Both the position numbers and the translations under genes were made by a program. 62,733 bases of DNA from NCBI GenBank assembly GCA_003151625.1, contig PLYC01000021.1, positions 182,930 to 245,662 on the forward strand, written 5' to 3'. The notes beneath the pieces are model-generated. The model saw only the letters and a list, made by a program, of their open reading frames with translations, was not told the origin of the DNA and did not search any database. How positions within the stretch are numbered: position 1 is the stretch's first letter; each line of letters starts with the position of its first letter. Of this stretch, positions 45,847-54,756 are shown one piece after another. This stretch comes from Candidatus Doudnabacteria bacterium (GTDB lineage: Bacteria; Patescibacteriota; Doudnabacteria; UBA920).

Positions 45847-46926
45847 ATGACAAAACAAACAGCAAAAACCACAACCGCGGATTCCGGTAAATGGAAAGCG
45901 GTAATCAGCGCAATGGATCAAATCCAGGAGAAATTCGGCGCCGGGAGCATTATGAAACTATCTGATTCCAAAACTATGGACGTAGAATCCATTCCCACTG
46001 GAAGCATTAGTTTGGATTTGGCTTTAGGCGTGGGCGGAATACCCAAGGGGCGCGTTATTGAAATTTACGGCCCGGAGAGTTCGGGTAAAACAACTTTAAC
46101 TTTGCATATGATTGCCGAAGTACAAAAACGCGGCGGTCTGGCGGCGTTTATAGACGCCGAGCACGCGCTGGATCCGGAGTATGCCAAACGCATTGGCGTC
46201 AAACTGGAAGATTTGTTAATTAGCCAGCCGGACAATGGCGAGCAGGCTTTGGATATTTGCGAAACTTTGGTTCGTTCAAACGGTCTTGATTTAATTGTTA
46301 TAGATTCCGTGGCCGCTTTAACACCGCGCAACGAGATAGAAGGCGAAATGGGCGACAGTCATATGGGGCTTCATGCGCGGCTTATGAGTCAGGCTTTAAG
46401 GAAACTTACGGCAATTATTTCTAAGACCCAGACCACGGTAATTTTTATAAACCAAATCAGAATGAAAATCGGGGTAATGTTCGGCAACCCCGAAACCACC
46501 ACCGGCGGCAACGCGTTAAAATTTTACGCTTCCATCCGTATTGAAGTTCGCCGCAACGCCCAAATAAAAAACGGCGACAAAATTATTGGTAACCGCGTTA
46601 AGGCAAAAATTGTAAAAAATAAAGTCGCGGCGCCGTTTAAAATTGCCGAGTTCGACATTATGTATAACGAGGGAATATCAGCCTCGGGTGATTTGCTGGA
46701 CACAGGAGTATTAATGGGAGTAATTGAAAAAAGCGGCAACACCTACAGCTTTGGCGACGTAAAATTCGGCGTGGGCAAAGAAACCGCCAAGAACTTCCTA
46801 AAGGAAAATGTTAAAGTCTTTAAAGACGTAGACAAAGCCGTCCGCGAAAAAGTAAAAGCCGGCGACCTGCCCGTGGCTCAAAAGCCGGCGGAAGAGGAAA
46901 GGGAAGAAGGAGAGAGCGAGAAATAA
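45847..46926 (+). CDS. recA: Recombinase A
   Basis: [50 protein letters not shown]. Confidence 0.98.
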   Translation: MTKQTAKTTTADSGKWKAVISAMDQIQEKFGAGSIMKLSDSKTMDVESIPTGSISLDLALGVGGIPKGRVIEIYGPESSGKTTLTLHMIAEVQKRGGLAAFIDAEHALDPEYAKRIGVKLEDLLISQPDNGEQALDICETLVRSNGLDLIVIDSVAALTPRNEIEGEMGDSHMGLHARLMSQALRKLTAIISKTQTTVIFINQIRMKIGVMFGNPETTTGGNALKFYASIRIEVRRNAQIKNGDKIIGNRVKAKIVKNKVAAPFKIAEFDIMYNEGISASGDLLDTGVLMGVIEKSGNTYSFGDVKFGVGKETAKNFLKENVKVFKDVDKAVREKVKAGDLPVAQKPAEEEREEGESEK

Positions 46927-46930
46927 AATT

Positions 46931-47296
46931 TGATATTGCAAATTGCAATATCAAGCCTAAGGTCACAATTTGTAACCTTAGAGAACCAGTCACAGTTTGT
47001 GACCGGTTTGATGGACGGCAATATGAAAAATGAAAAACAAAATTTACTTATAAATCTACCTGTCCCTTCAAAAATGATTGAACGACGAATTTATTTTATC
47101 CGTGAACAAAAAGTTATGCTGGATGCAGATTTGGCAGAGTTGTACGAAGTATTAACAAAAAATTTAAATCTTGCTGTGCGTCGGAATAAGGATCGCTTTC
47201 CGCAAGATTTTATGTTTCAGCTGAATGAAGATGAATTTGAAAACTTGAGGTTGCAAATTGCAACCTCAAGTTTAAGGTTCCAATTTGGAACCTTAA
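46931..47296. repeat. Five CAA(A/T)TTG-centred palindromes upstream of and inside the ORF6N gene
   Basis: 46931-46953, 46959-46979, 46984-47008, 47241-47273, 47272-47296. Confidence 0.75.
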
Positions 47297-47595
47297 AGCA
47301 TGGTGGACGCCGTTATTTTCCATATGCATTTACCGAACAAGGTGTAGCAATGTTGTCCTCAGTCTTAAACAGCAAGCGCGCTATTGCCGTAAATATTGCA
47401 ATTATGAGGGCGTTTGTAAAGTTAAGACAGCTTTTGCCTAAACACAAGAGCTTAGAAAAAGAGATGGAAAAACTCAAAACCGGCCAAAAGCGCTTGCAAT
47501 TGGACGTCGCGGTAATTTTCCACGTAATAAAAAAGCTAATACAAGACCAACCCCAACCGCAAAAATTGCGTGATAAAATTGGGTTTAGAACCTAA
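47023..47595 (+). CDS. ORF6N-domain DNA-binding protein (phage antirepressor-like)
   Basis: IY.IR.QKVMLD.DLA.LY.V.TK.LN.AV.RN..RFP.DFMFQL, PYAFTEQGVAMLSSVL.S. Confidence 0.88.
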   Translation: MKNEKQNLLINLPVPSKMIERRIYFIREQKVMLDADLAELYEVLTKNLNLAVRRNKDRFPQDFMFQLNEDEFENLRLQIATSSLRFQFGTLKHGGRRYFPYAFTEQGVAMLSSVLNSKRAIAVNIAIMRAFVKLRQLLPKHKSLEKEMEKLKTGQKRLQLDVAVIFHVIKKLIQDQPQPQKLRDKIGFRT

Positions 47596-47779
47596 AATAA
47601 AAAAATCAACCGCCCTTCGCATTCTTCCTCCATATAAAGCTTCGGAGGACAGGTTGCTTTGGGCGGTTTTAAAATGATAAAGGCAGGTTTGCGAAAGTCT
47701 GACTTTATGTGGAAAGATGTCGCTCTTCGTTGGCGCCACGGTTGCCCACAAGGGCAAACCAAGTGCCTAGTATCCTGGG

Positions 47780-48346
47780 CTACTTTGAGACGGCGGCAGC
47801 ACGAGAGCATGCAGGCCACCCGATGTCGTCTGGCGAGTGATTGCGGTGGACAGACATATCACAGTCGTTGAGGACGAGATTCCAAAGCTGGTCGGTGCGG
47901 GGTGATTTCCAAATCGTAAAGATCAGACCCTCTCGCAGTTCGGCCTTGGTATTTTTATCGTAGCCGATGGCCAGCACCTTTAATGGGTGTGCGAACTTAG
48001 CTTTGCTGTTGTCTAGAATCTCCAGCCACGCCTGCGTTGTCGTATACTCAGCCTGCTGGCGAAGATTAATTTCAGGACTTCGTTTGTCATTGCGGAGGAA
48101 CCACGGCAGGTCTTCGGCGGTAAATTCGGGGCTGATGCGTTTATTGACATGACCCGTCTCTTTCAACGCATCCGTCCATCCGAAAATATTAGACTTCATT
48201 TGTACCAGCAAGTTGCCGAGCAATCTATTGTGGAGGCGAAACACTCTTTCCTCCGACAGGCTCCCTTCGCGAACCCGCTGAAAAACCTCGTTCTGTAGCT
48301 GAGCCAATTTGCCCAGCACGTCGTCCGGCATCGGGACTCTCTTCAT
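47780..48346 (-). CDS. Hypothetical orphan divergent from TrmB 48490
   Basis: AGGAGG at 48352-48357 before the ATG at 48346; no recognised domain. Confidence 0.65.
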   Translation of the reverse strand: MKRVPMPDDVLGKLAQLQNEVFQRVREGSLSEERVFRLHNRLLGNLLVQMKSNIFGWTDALKETGHVNKRISPEFTAEDLPWFLRNDKRSPEINLRQQAEYTTTQAWLEILDNSKAKFAHPLKVLAIGYDKNTKAELREGLIFTIWKSPRTDQLWNLVLNDCDMSVHRNHSPDDIGWPACSRAAAVSK

Positions 48347-48489
48347 AACAACCTCCTTAGCTAGCAATTATTTCATAGCCCTTTGTATTTGTCCATTTAT
48401 TATGGATTATTTAGTATAAATTTGACATTAGCCTTTTATTTAAGTAATCTTTTGATAGATTAAATGTTGTCAAAAAATAATGGCAAAAT

Positions 48490-49254
48490 ATGGAAGAATA
48501 TCTTAAACAATTGGGATTGAATGAGAACGAGGCTAAAATCTATTTGGCTGGTTTGGCTTTGGGTCCGACGACGGTGCAGTTTTTGGCCGTAGAGAGCAAA
48601 ATCAAGCGATCCACGGCTTACGTGGCGATAAATTATTTGATAGAGGTTGGGTTGTTTTTAGAAACTTATTCCAACAAGAAAAAACTTTTTCAGGCTGAAC
48701 GGCCTGAAAAGCTGGAAAAACTGACTAAGCGGATGCGCCGCAAGGCCATGGACGCGGAATTGATGCTGCAAAGTTTGATCCCGACCCTAAAACAGATTCC
48801 GCGCAGCGGCGGAGTTGAGCCAAAAATCTTTTTTTACCAGGGTATCAACGGTCTGAAAAACGTGTTGCTCGACGTGTCGGGCAGCCGAACTTCGTGGTAT
48901 GTGTTCGGGTCCACCACAGAAATCTTGAAACGGCTGGCTAATTTTGACCTGCGTGAAATTCTGGAAGAGGGGGAGAAGCTGCGGCAGCAATCCGACCGGC
49001 CCAAAATTTTTTTCATTACCGACTCCGGCATTTTGGCCCTGAAGGAATTTCAGGAATATCAGCCGGAGCGACGCGAAATAAAAATTCTGCCGCACACCAT
49101 AAAAAGCGGCACGGCATTCATAGTTTATCAGGACAAGGTAGTGATTTTGGATTTAGTTTCTCAACCTACCGCGACTGTTATCCAAAGCGCCGGTTTTGTG
49201 GAAATTATGAAAACCGTCTACAAATTAATTTGGAACAGTTTGCCGGAGAAATAA
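48490..49254 (+). CDS. TrmB-family HTH transcriptional regulator (paralog of 41096)
   Basis: Same N-terminal wHTH pattern; shared DLREILEEGEKLRQ and FITDSGILALKEFQEY blocks. Confidence 0.82.
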   Translation: MEEYLKQLGLNENEAKIYLAGLALGPTTVQFLAVESKIKRSTAYVAINYLIEVGLFLETYSNKKKLFQAERPEKLEKLTKRMRRKAMDAELMLQSLIPTLKQIPRSGGVEPKIFFYQGINGLKNVLLDVSGSRTSWYVFGSTTEILKRLANFDLREILEEGEKLRQQSDRPKIFFITDSGILALKEFQEYQPERREIKILPHTIKSGTAFIVYQDKVVILDLVSQPTATVIQSAGFVEIMKTVYKLIWNSLPEK

Positions 49255-49295
49255 AAATCGCAAAGTCTTGTGGCTTATGTTAAACTGAAAAAGTT

Positions 49296-51638
49296 ATGAA
49301 AAAACAGGAAAAATTATATTGCAGTTTGGATATTGAGACCAGCGGATTTGATCCGTTAAAGAACGAAGTCCTGGAAATAGGGTTTCTGTTTTTTGAGGCG
49401 GTTAAGAGCGGCTTTAAAATTACGGAAGAATATACCAGGGTGTTCAAGCCGAATGGGAAAGTTGAGGCTAATATTTTAGGTTTGACCGGCATTAGCCAAG
49501 AGGAATTGGATTGCGCCGATCCTTTTTCCGAGCATAAAGCTGGTCTCCAGAAAAAACTTGAGACGGCGGTTATTGTGGGGCATAATATTGCTTTTGATAT
49601 AAAATTTTTGGAAAGCACCGGTTTAAAATTTTCCGGCGACGTAATTGATACTTTGGATTTAGTGCAATGGATTTTACCGACGCATCACAGTTACAACCTG
49701 GAAAATTTAATGCATACTTTTGGCATTAGCCATAAGGCGGCCCATCGAGCCCTGGCGGACAGCAAGGCAACTTTAAAATTATTGGAAAAGTTGTTGCAGG
49801 TTTATTGCGGTTTTCCGGAAAAATTGCGGCTTGATATTCAAAAGCTCATAAAGCCGTATGATTTTCTATGGCAGAATTTTTTGCAATTAGGTTTGCCGCC
49901 ATTAGTGTTTTCTGAAGTCACCGGGAAAAACTCGAAGAGTAAACAAAAAAAGGACACTCCACTGTTAAAAGTAGAACAGAACAAATTGTATAATTTTTCT
50001 TTGGGCGAAAATTACCTTCCGGTTTTGGCTCGGGCGGAGCATGAAGGAAAAAATTTGCTGGTGGTTTCAAAAACCCAAACCGTATTGGATTTATATAAAC
50101 AAAAAGTGGTCGGCGCGGCGGTATTTTTACCCCAACAGCAATTTGATAAAAAAAAGTTTGCCAAACTCTTAAAGAAACCAGACCTGTCTTTGGACGAGTT
50201 GAAGTTTATTTTAAAAATACTCGTTTGGAGCCAAACCAACTGGCAAACGGAAACTTATTTGGATTTAAACCTGTCGTTTTTTGGCGGCCAGTTTAGAAAT
50301 CTTATTAGTGGCGGAGAGGTCGCAAAAAATCAGTCAGCCAAGGATGCGATTTGCGACTTAGAAACATTTTTTTATTTGTCGGACAACAACTTGTACAAAA
50401 CCAGCCGGGCGGTTGTATGTGGTCTGCCGGAATTTGAATCTGGGGTGACTGCCAACATTGGAAGCAAAACAAGCTGGGGATACATTAGCTATTTACTGAA
50501 ATCATTTTATAATCCGGAGCTTGGCAGCGGTAATCTAAAATTCAAGGAGGCAGTAACTCAAAGTTTGCTGGCCGGTGATTTATTTTTTGGTCTTTCTAAC
50601 GCCCTGCTTCAAACCGACCCGCCGGGTTTTGTTTATTTTAAAATTGATTCCCAAACTGAATTTGATGAAAAATATCAAAAAATAAAAACGGCGGCCGAAA
50701 GTTATGTCTATAAGCTGTTGGAATTAAACAAAGTTTTAAAGTCCGGGGAAGTGGAAAAATTCGCAAGCAGTCTGGAAGATTTTTTTCAAGCGCAAGAAAA
50801 CCGGGTTAAGTGGATAGAACTTTCGGAGAGCCGTTGCGCCTTTTTAAGCATGCCGCTAAATATAACTTCCTTAGTACAAAATATTTTTGGGAATTTTACA
50901 GCAATTGCCTTAGCAGATACTTTAGGTTCCCCGACTTTGCCAAGTTTTTTTCTTAAACGATTAGGTCTGGATGGTTTTGAAATTAAAAATGTTGTTTTGC
51001 AAAGGGACGGCAAATCAAAACAGGGGGATTTATTTTCCAGACTAAAGACATTGGGGAGCAAAGCAAGCAAAATAAATTATCATTGTCTGCCGCAGACTTA
51101 CGATCCCGCGGAGCTTTTACATATTGTTAAAGAGAGCCCATCTTTGCCAGCTGCGGTACTATTAGCCAGCAGCCTTCAGGTAAGACAGTTTTATGAACAA
51201 AATTATCAAGAATTAAAACAGCGCGCGGCTGTGCTGGCTCAAAATAACTCCGGTGGTAGTAATAAAATTTTCCGGAATTTTGGTATTAACCCAAAAAGTC
51301 TGCTTTTGGTAACGGACAAGTTTATCTTAAAGCATTTAAACGGAAAATCAGCCGTGGAACCTGTGAATCAACTGCCTGTGAAGACTTTGATTGTTTGCCG
51401 TCTGCCTTTTGAGCAGTTTACGCACCCATACCAAGAGGCGGTTTCCGCGGCACTGCCAAATGCTTTTGAGGATTATGCCCTGCCCAGGGCGCTTTATAAT
51501 TTTCACAGTCTAATAAAGTTTTTTTACACTCCGGAATTAAAAGACATTTATATAATAGATTCCAAATTGGCCAAAGGATACGCTAAGGTATTTAAGGATT
51601 ATTATAAATTTATTCCGGGAGCGGAAATGAAGGACTAA
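49296..51638 (+). CDS. DEDDh 3'-5' exonuclease fused to a degenerate DinG-like helicase scaffold
   Basis: LDIETSG, VGHNIAFD, HRALADS; C-terminal RLPF...P..Q and IID.K; no recognisable Walker A or DEAH. Confidence 0.75.
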   Translation: MKKQEKLYCSLDIETSGFDPLKNEVLEIGFLFFEAVKSGFKITEEYTRVFKPNGKVEANILGLTGISQEELDCADPFSEHKAGLQKKLETAVIVGHNIAFDIKFLESTGLKFSGDVIDTLDLVQWILPTHHSYNLENLMHTFGISHKAAHRALADSKATLKLLEKLLQVYCGFPEKLRLDIQKLIKPYDFLWQNFLQLGLPPLVFSEVTGKNSKSKQKKDTPLLKVEQNKLYNFSLGENYLPVLARAEHEGKNLLVVSKTQTVLDLYKQKVVGAAVFLPQQQFDKKKFAKLLKKPDLSLDELKFILKILVWSQTNWQTETYLDLNLSFFGGQFRNLISGGEVAKNQSAKDAICDLETFFYLSDNNLYKTSRAVVCGLPEFESGVTANIGSKTSWGYISYLLKSFYNPELGSGNLKFKEAVTQSLLAGDLFFGLSNALLQTDPPGFVYFKIDSQTEFDEKYQKIKTAAESYVYKLLELNKVLKSGEVEKFASSLEDFFQAQENRVKWIELSESRCAFLSMPLNITSLVQNIFGNFTAIALADTLGSPTLPSFFLKRLGLDGFEIKNVVLQRDGKSKQGDLFSRLKTLGSKASKINYHCLPQTYDPAELLHIVKESPSLPAAVLLASSLQVRQFYEQNYQELKQRAAVLAQNNSGGSNKIFRNFGINPKSLLLVTDKFILKHLNGKSAVEPVNQLPVKTLIVCRLPFEQFTHPYQEAVSAALPNAFEDYALPRALYNFHSLIKFFYTPELKDIYIIDSKLAKGYAKVFKDYYKFIPGAEMKD

Positions 51639-52151
51639 TTTTGTATTTGAGATAAACCTGAAGGCACCGTTGATGGTTCGCATCAAGGGAATCCATTGAA
51701 GCGAGTTTTAATTATTATTTCACCACTTATCCACATATTATCCATAGGTTAAAAAATGACTTTTTTAGTAATTTTTCACAAAAAAAATCAAAACTCTTTT
51801 TAAATAAGAGATAAAACTTCAAAAAATTACCCGACAGTTGACAAAGCCATATAAGCTTGTTATGATGAATATACATTAAGAGTGTGGACAACCCAAAGAA
51901 ATAAAAGCACCTTAAAAATTCATCCGACTTCGTCCGCCTGAGGCGGACTTCGTCGGACAACGAACTCACTGAAGGAAATCTGCTTTTAAAAGGTTAAAAT
52001 CAGTTTTCCTTTAAACTTCTCGTCATAGCCTGTCCAATCCAGGCTGTTTGCAAAACAAAAATAAAAATGAAGGTTAGTTGTTCTCCCCGAGCAACTGGCA
52101 GATTATATTCAAAATAAATATAGTCAATTGTTAGGTGTTAAATCACCATAA

Positions 52152-52374
52152 GAGAAGTTTGAAGTGTAGTTTGACATTAGATTGGAATTCAGACGCTTCT
52201 CCGGGCTGTTAAGCCTGGAAGACTCGTCTTCGACAGAGTAGCAACCTTTGTACTAGGTTTAGGGCTTAAACATTTAAGCCCTGCAACTAGTACGAAGCTT
52301 GTTCGATCGAAGGAGAGTATAAGCGCCCACACGGCCCTTTAATTTAATTTATCGGCCCAGTATGGGCGCTTTTT
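52152..52374. ncRNA. Candidate structured RNA of unknown class
   Basis: Consecutive helices GAGAAG/CTTCTC, CCGGGCT/AGCCTGG, GAAGAC/GTCTTC, GTACTAG/CTAGTAC enclosing GGGCTTAAA/TTTAAGCCC, then GCGCCCA/TGGGCGC plus a T run. Confidence 0.4.
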
Positions 52375-52497
52375 CAATTGTTAAACACGGATCCAAACGC
52401 TGATTACTACGCGGATAGCACGCGGAGCGCGAACAATTGACTTGCGTTGCTAAATTAGGTTAACTGGTTTATAATTTAGTTAATTAAATATTTTTTT

Positions 52498-52803
52498 ATG
52501 TTACCACAATCATTTATAGAAGAAATGAAGCAGAGACTTGTAGAGGCAAAACAAAAGCTTGAGGCCGATTTGGCAGGACTGACTCCCCATGAAGAACTGG
52601 GCGGTGATATAGACTCCAATGTCCAGGAAGTGGAAGACGATGAGGTTAGTCAGGATATGATAGCGAGGATAAACGCCGACCTGGAAAAAATCAACAATGC
52701 ATTGCAAAAAATAGATAAGGGAACTTACGGTACCGATAATGAAGGCAAAGAAATCCCCCAGGAACGTTTAAGCGTTTTGCCCTGGGCAGACAAAGCCCTT
52801 TAA
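52498..52803 (+). CDS. TraR/DksA-like protein lacking zinc-finger cysteines
   Basis: Coiled coil, L.KI..AL.KI.KGTYG......I..ERL..LP.A; adjacent to lspA. Confidence 0.75.
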   Translation: MLPQSFIEEMKQRLVEAKQKLEADLAGLTPHEELGGDIDSNVQEVEDDEVSQDMIARINADLEKINNALQKIDKGTYGTDNEGKEIPQERLSVLPWADKAL

Positions 52804-52975
52804 GATTTATTCGCGACGTAGAGCGAGATGCCGCCCTGGCGGGACGAGCCCAAGGAGTCTTAATACGGGTTCAAGACCTCGGAGCCTGCCTGCCGGTAGG
52901 CAGGCTCTGCTCCGAAATGATAGTTGTTCCCTTGCAGTAATACCTCGTCAGCTCTGCTGCGAGGAACCTTTATTC

Positions 52976-53440
52976 ATGGATGACGTAGCTAACAATATAG
53001 AAGCCAAATCACCAAAACCAAAAGAGAGTGATCATTATTGGTCATTCTTTTTTTTGTGCGTGGCTTTTTTGGTTTTGTTGCTGCTCGACCAATTGGTTAA
53101 ACATTTTGTTGCCAGCCCATTTTTAAGTTATAATTTTGCCTTTAGTTTGCCGGTTCCGGTTTTGCTAATGTATATAATTTATTTTGTGGTCATCGCGGCA
53201 ATCGTTTACTACGTTAGTAAAAACCACAAAGTTTTTTCTTTTTTTTCCAAATTCGCTTGGACGCTAATTTTTGCCGGAGCCGCTTCCAACATTGGCGAAA
53301 GAATAATTTTGAGTCACGTCCGGGACTTTATCTACATTAGTTTTTACAAATGGACGGGAGTGTATAATTTGGCGGACGGATACATTATTTTAGGCATTTT
53401 GATTTTATTATTATCCTCAAGAAAAAATTATTCTAATTAA
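52976..53440 (+). CDS. lspA: Lipoprotein signal peptidase (signal peptidase II)
   Basis: LDQLVK, N..FAFS, GA.SN..ER, VRDFI, YNLAD. Confidence 0.8.
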   Translation: MDDVANNIEAKSPKPKESDHYWSFFFLCVAFLVLLLLDQLVKHFVASPFLSYNFAFSLPVPVLLMYIIYFVVIAAIVYYVSKNHKVFSFFSKFAWTLIFAGAASNIGERIILSHVRDFIYISFYKWTGVYNLADGYIILGILILLLSSRKNYSN

Positions 53441-53677
53441 CCTAATTGTTCTAATTATTCCCCGCCTGCCAACGGTAGTGTTTATAGAACAGATAGCAAT
53501 TATTTATCATCAGCGGCGACTACAAGTATTGTCTTTGGCGGGCAGGTAAACAAGCACCAAAATCCAATGTCTAATGAGCGATAGTTGGCGTTGGTGCAGT
53601 AATCGAAAATTAGACATTAATCATTCTTTAGAATAATTAGGCAAATTAGAACAATTAGAATAATTTACCAAATTCGT

Positions 53678-54367
53678 ATGATTTCCAAAGTTTTTTCTGC
53701 AGCGGTAATCGGCCTTGATGCTGAACTTATAGAAGTAGAAGCGGATGTCACCAATGGCCTTCCCGCGACAATTGTTGTGGGCTTGCCCGACACCGCTGTT
53801 CAGGAAAGCCGCGAGCGGGTTAAAACCGCGATAAAAAATTCCGGATGCAGTTATCCGCAAACAAGAGTCAGTGTGAATTTGGCTCCGGCGGACGTGCCTA
53901 AACTGGGCACGCATTTTGATTTGCCTATAGCTTTGGCTATAGTTATGGCTTCCGATCAGGTGGAATTGGATATGGCTGGCAAAATGTTCTTGGGGGAGCT
54001 GTCTTTAGATGGACAGTTGCGGCCGGTGTCGGGTATTTTGGCCGCGGCATTAAAGGCAAAAAATTTGGGCATTAAGGAAATTTTTGTGCCAAAACAAAAT
54101 GCCAAGGAAGCGGCTTTGGTTGACGGAATAAAAGTTTATCCTTTAAATGATTTAAAGCAACTACTAGGGCATTTAATGGGGTTGAGTCCGCTGGTTCGGC
54201 AGAAAACAGTAGTTGCCTCAGAAATTTTAAAAAATTTTCAACCTTCTTTGGACATGAAAGACGTGGCTGGCCAGGAATTGGCCAAGCGCGCTTTGGAAAT
54301 CGCGGCGGCCGGGAGTCACAACATTCTGGCATTGTGGTCCCAATCCAGCACGCCGCATCGGGCCTGA
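53678..54367 (+). pseudogene. comM: 5' part of the ComM/YifB Mg-chelatase-family ATPase, interrupted at ~54328
   Basis: V.VEAD...GLP...VGLPD.AVQESRERV, NLAPADVPK.G..FDLPIA, GELSLDG, D..DV.GQ..AKRALEIAAAGSHNIL, then homology stops before the Walker A. Confidence 0.9.
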
Positions 54368-54394
54368 TCCATTTGCCGACGAGCGTGGCGGGTG

Positions 54395-54569
54395 TATACC
54401 AGCAGAAACAGATCCGGGACCCCTGACTTCACCCCTCCTTTTGGAGCTTAACGGCCGTTTCCCATTGTCGATGACCACCATTGGGAATCGCATGAAGCAA
54501 GCGCAACTGTGGGAATTGAGGCAGCATCAGCGCGGCCCAAGCCACAACGGCCTTTTGTTCCTCGTGTTC
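54395..54569 (-). pseudogene. Phage VRR-NUC nuclease remnant (upstream in-frame stop plus a frameshift)
   Basis: Hand translation: EHEEQKAVVAWAALMLPQFPQLRLLHAIPNGGHRQWETAVKLQKEG, shift, VKSGVPDLFLLV. Confidence 0.7.
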
Positions 54570-54756
54570 TCAGCGAGCCAAGGCTCGCGGTTTTAGGGTC
54601 GGCGCCGCTGAAAAGCGCACGGCAACAGTTTGCTTGAAGAGCAAGAACAAAACTGCGGTAAAATGAACAACTTGGCCGCTATATCGATTCTGCCCAGCTC
54701 CGGCCGGGATCTTTGCTGGGATTGCGTGACGCATGACGATTTTCTCAGACCTTTGA

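Noticed and set aside
52152-52374. T-box riboswitch, RNase P RNA, SRP RNA or tmRNA assignment
   Set aside because: The signature sequences of these families are not present; kept only as an unclassified candidate.
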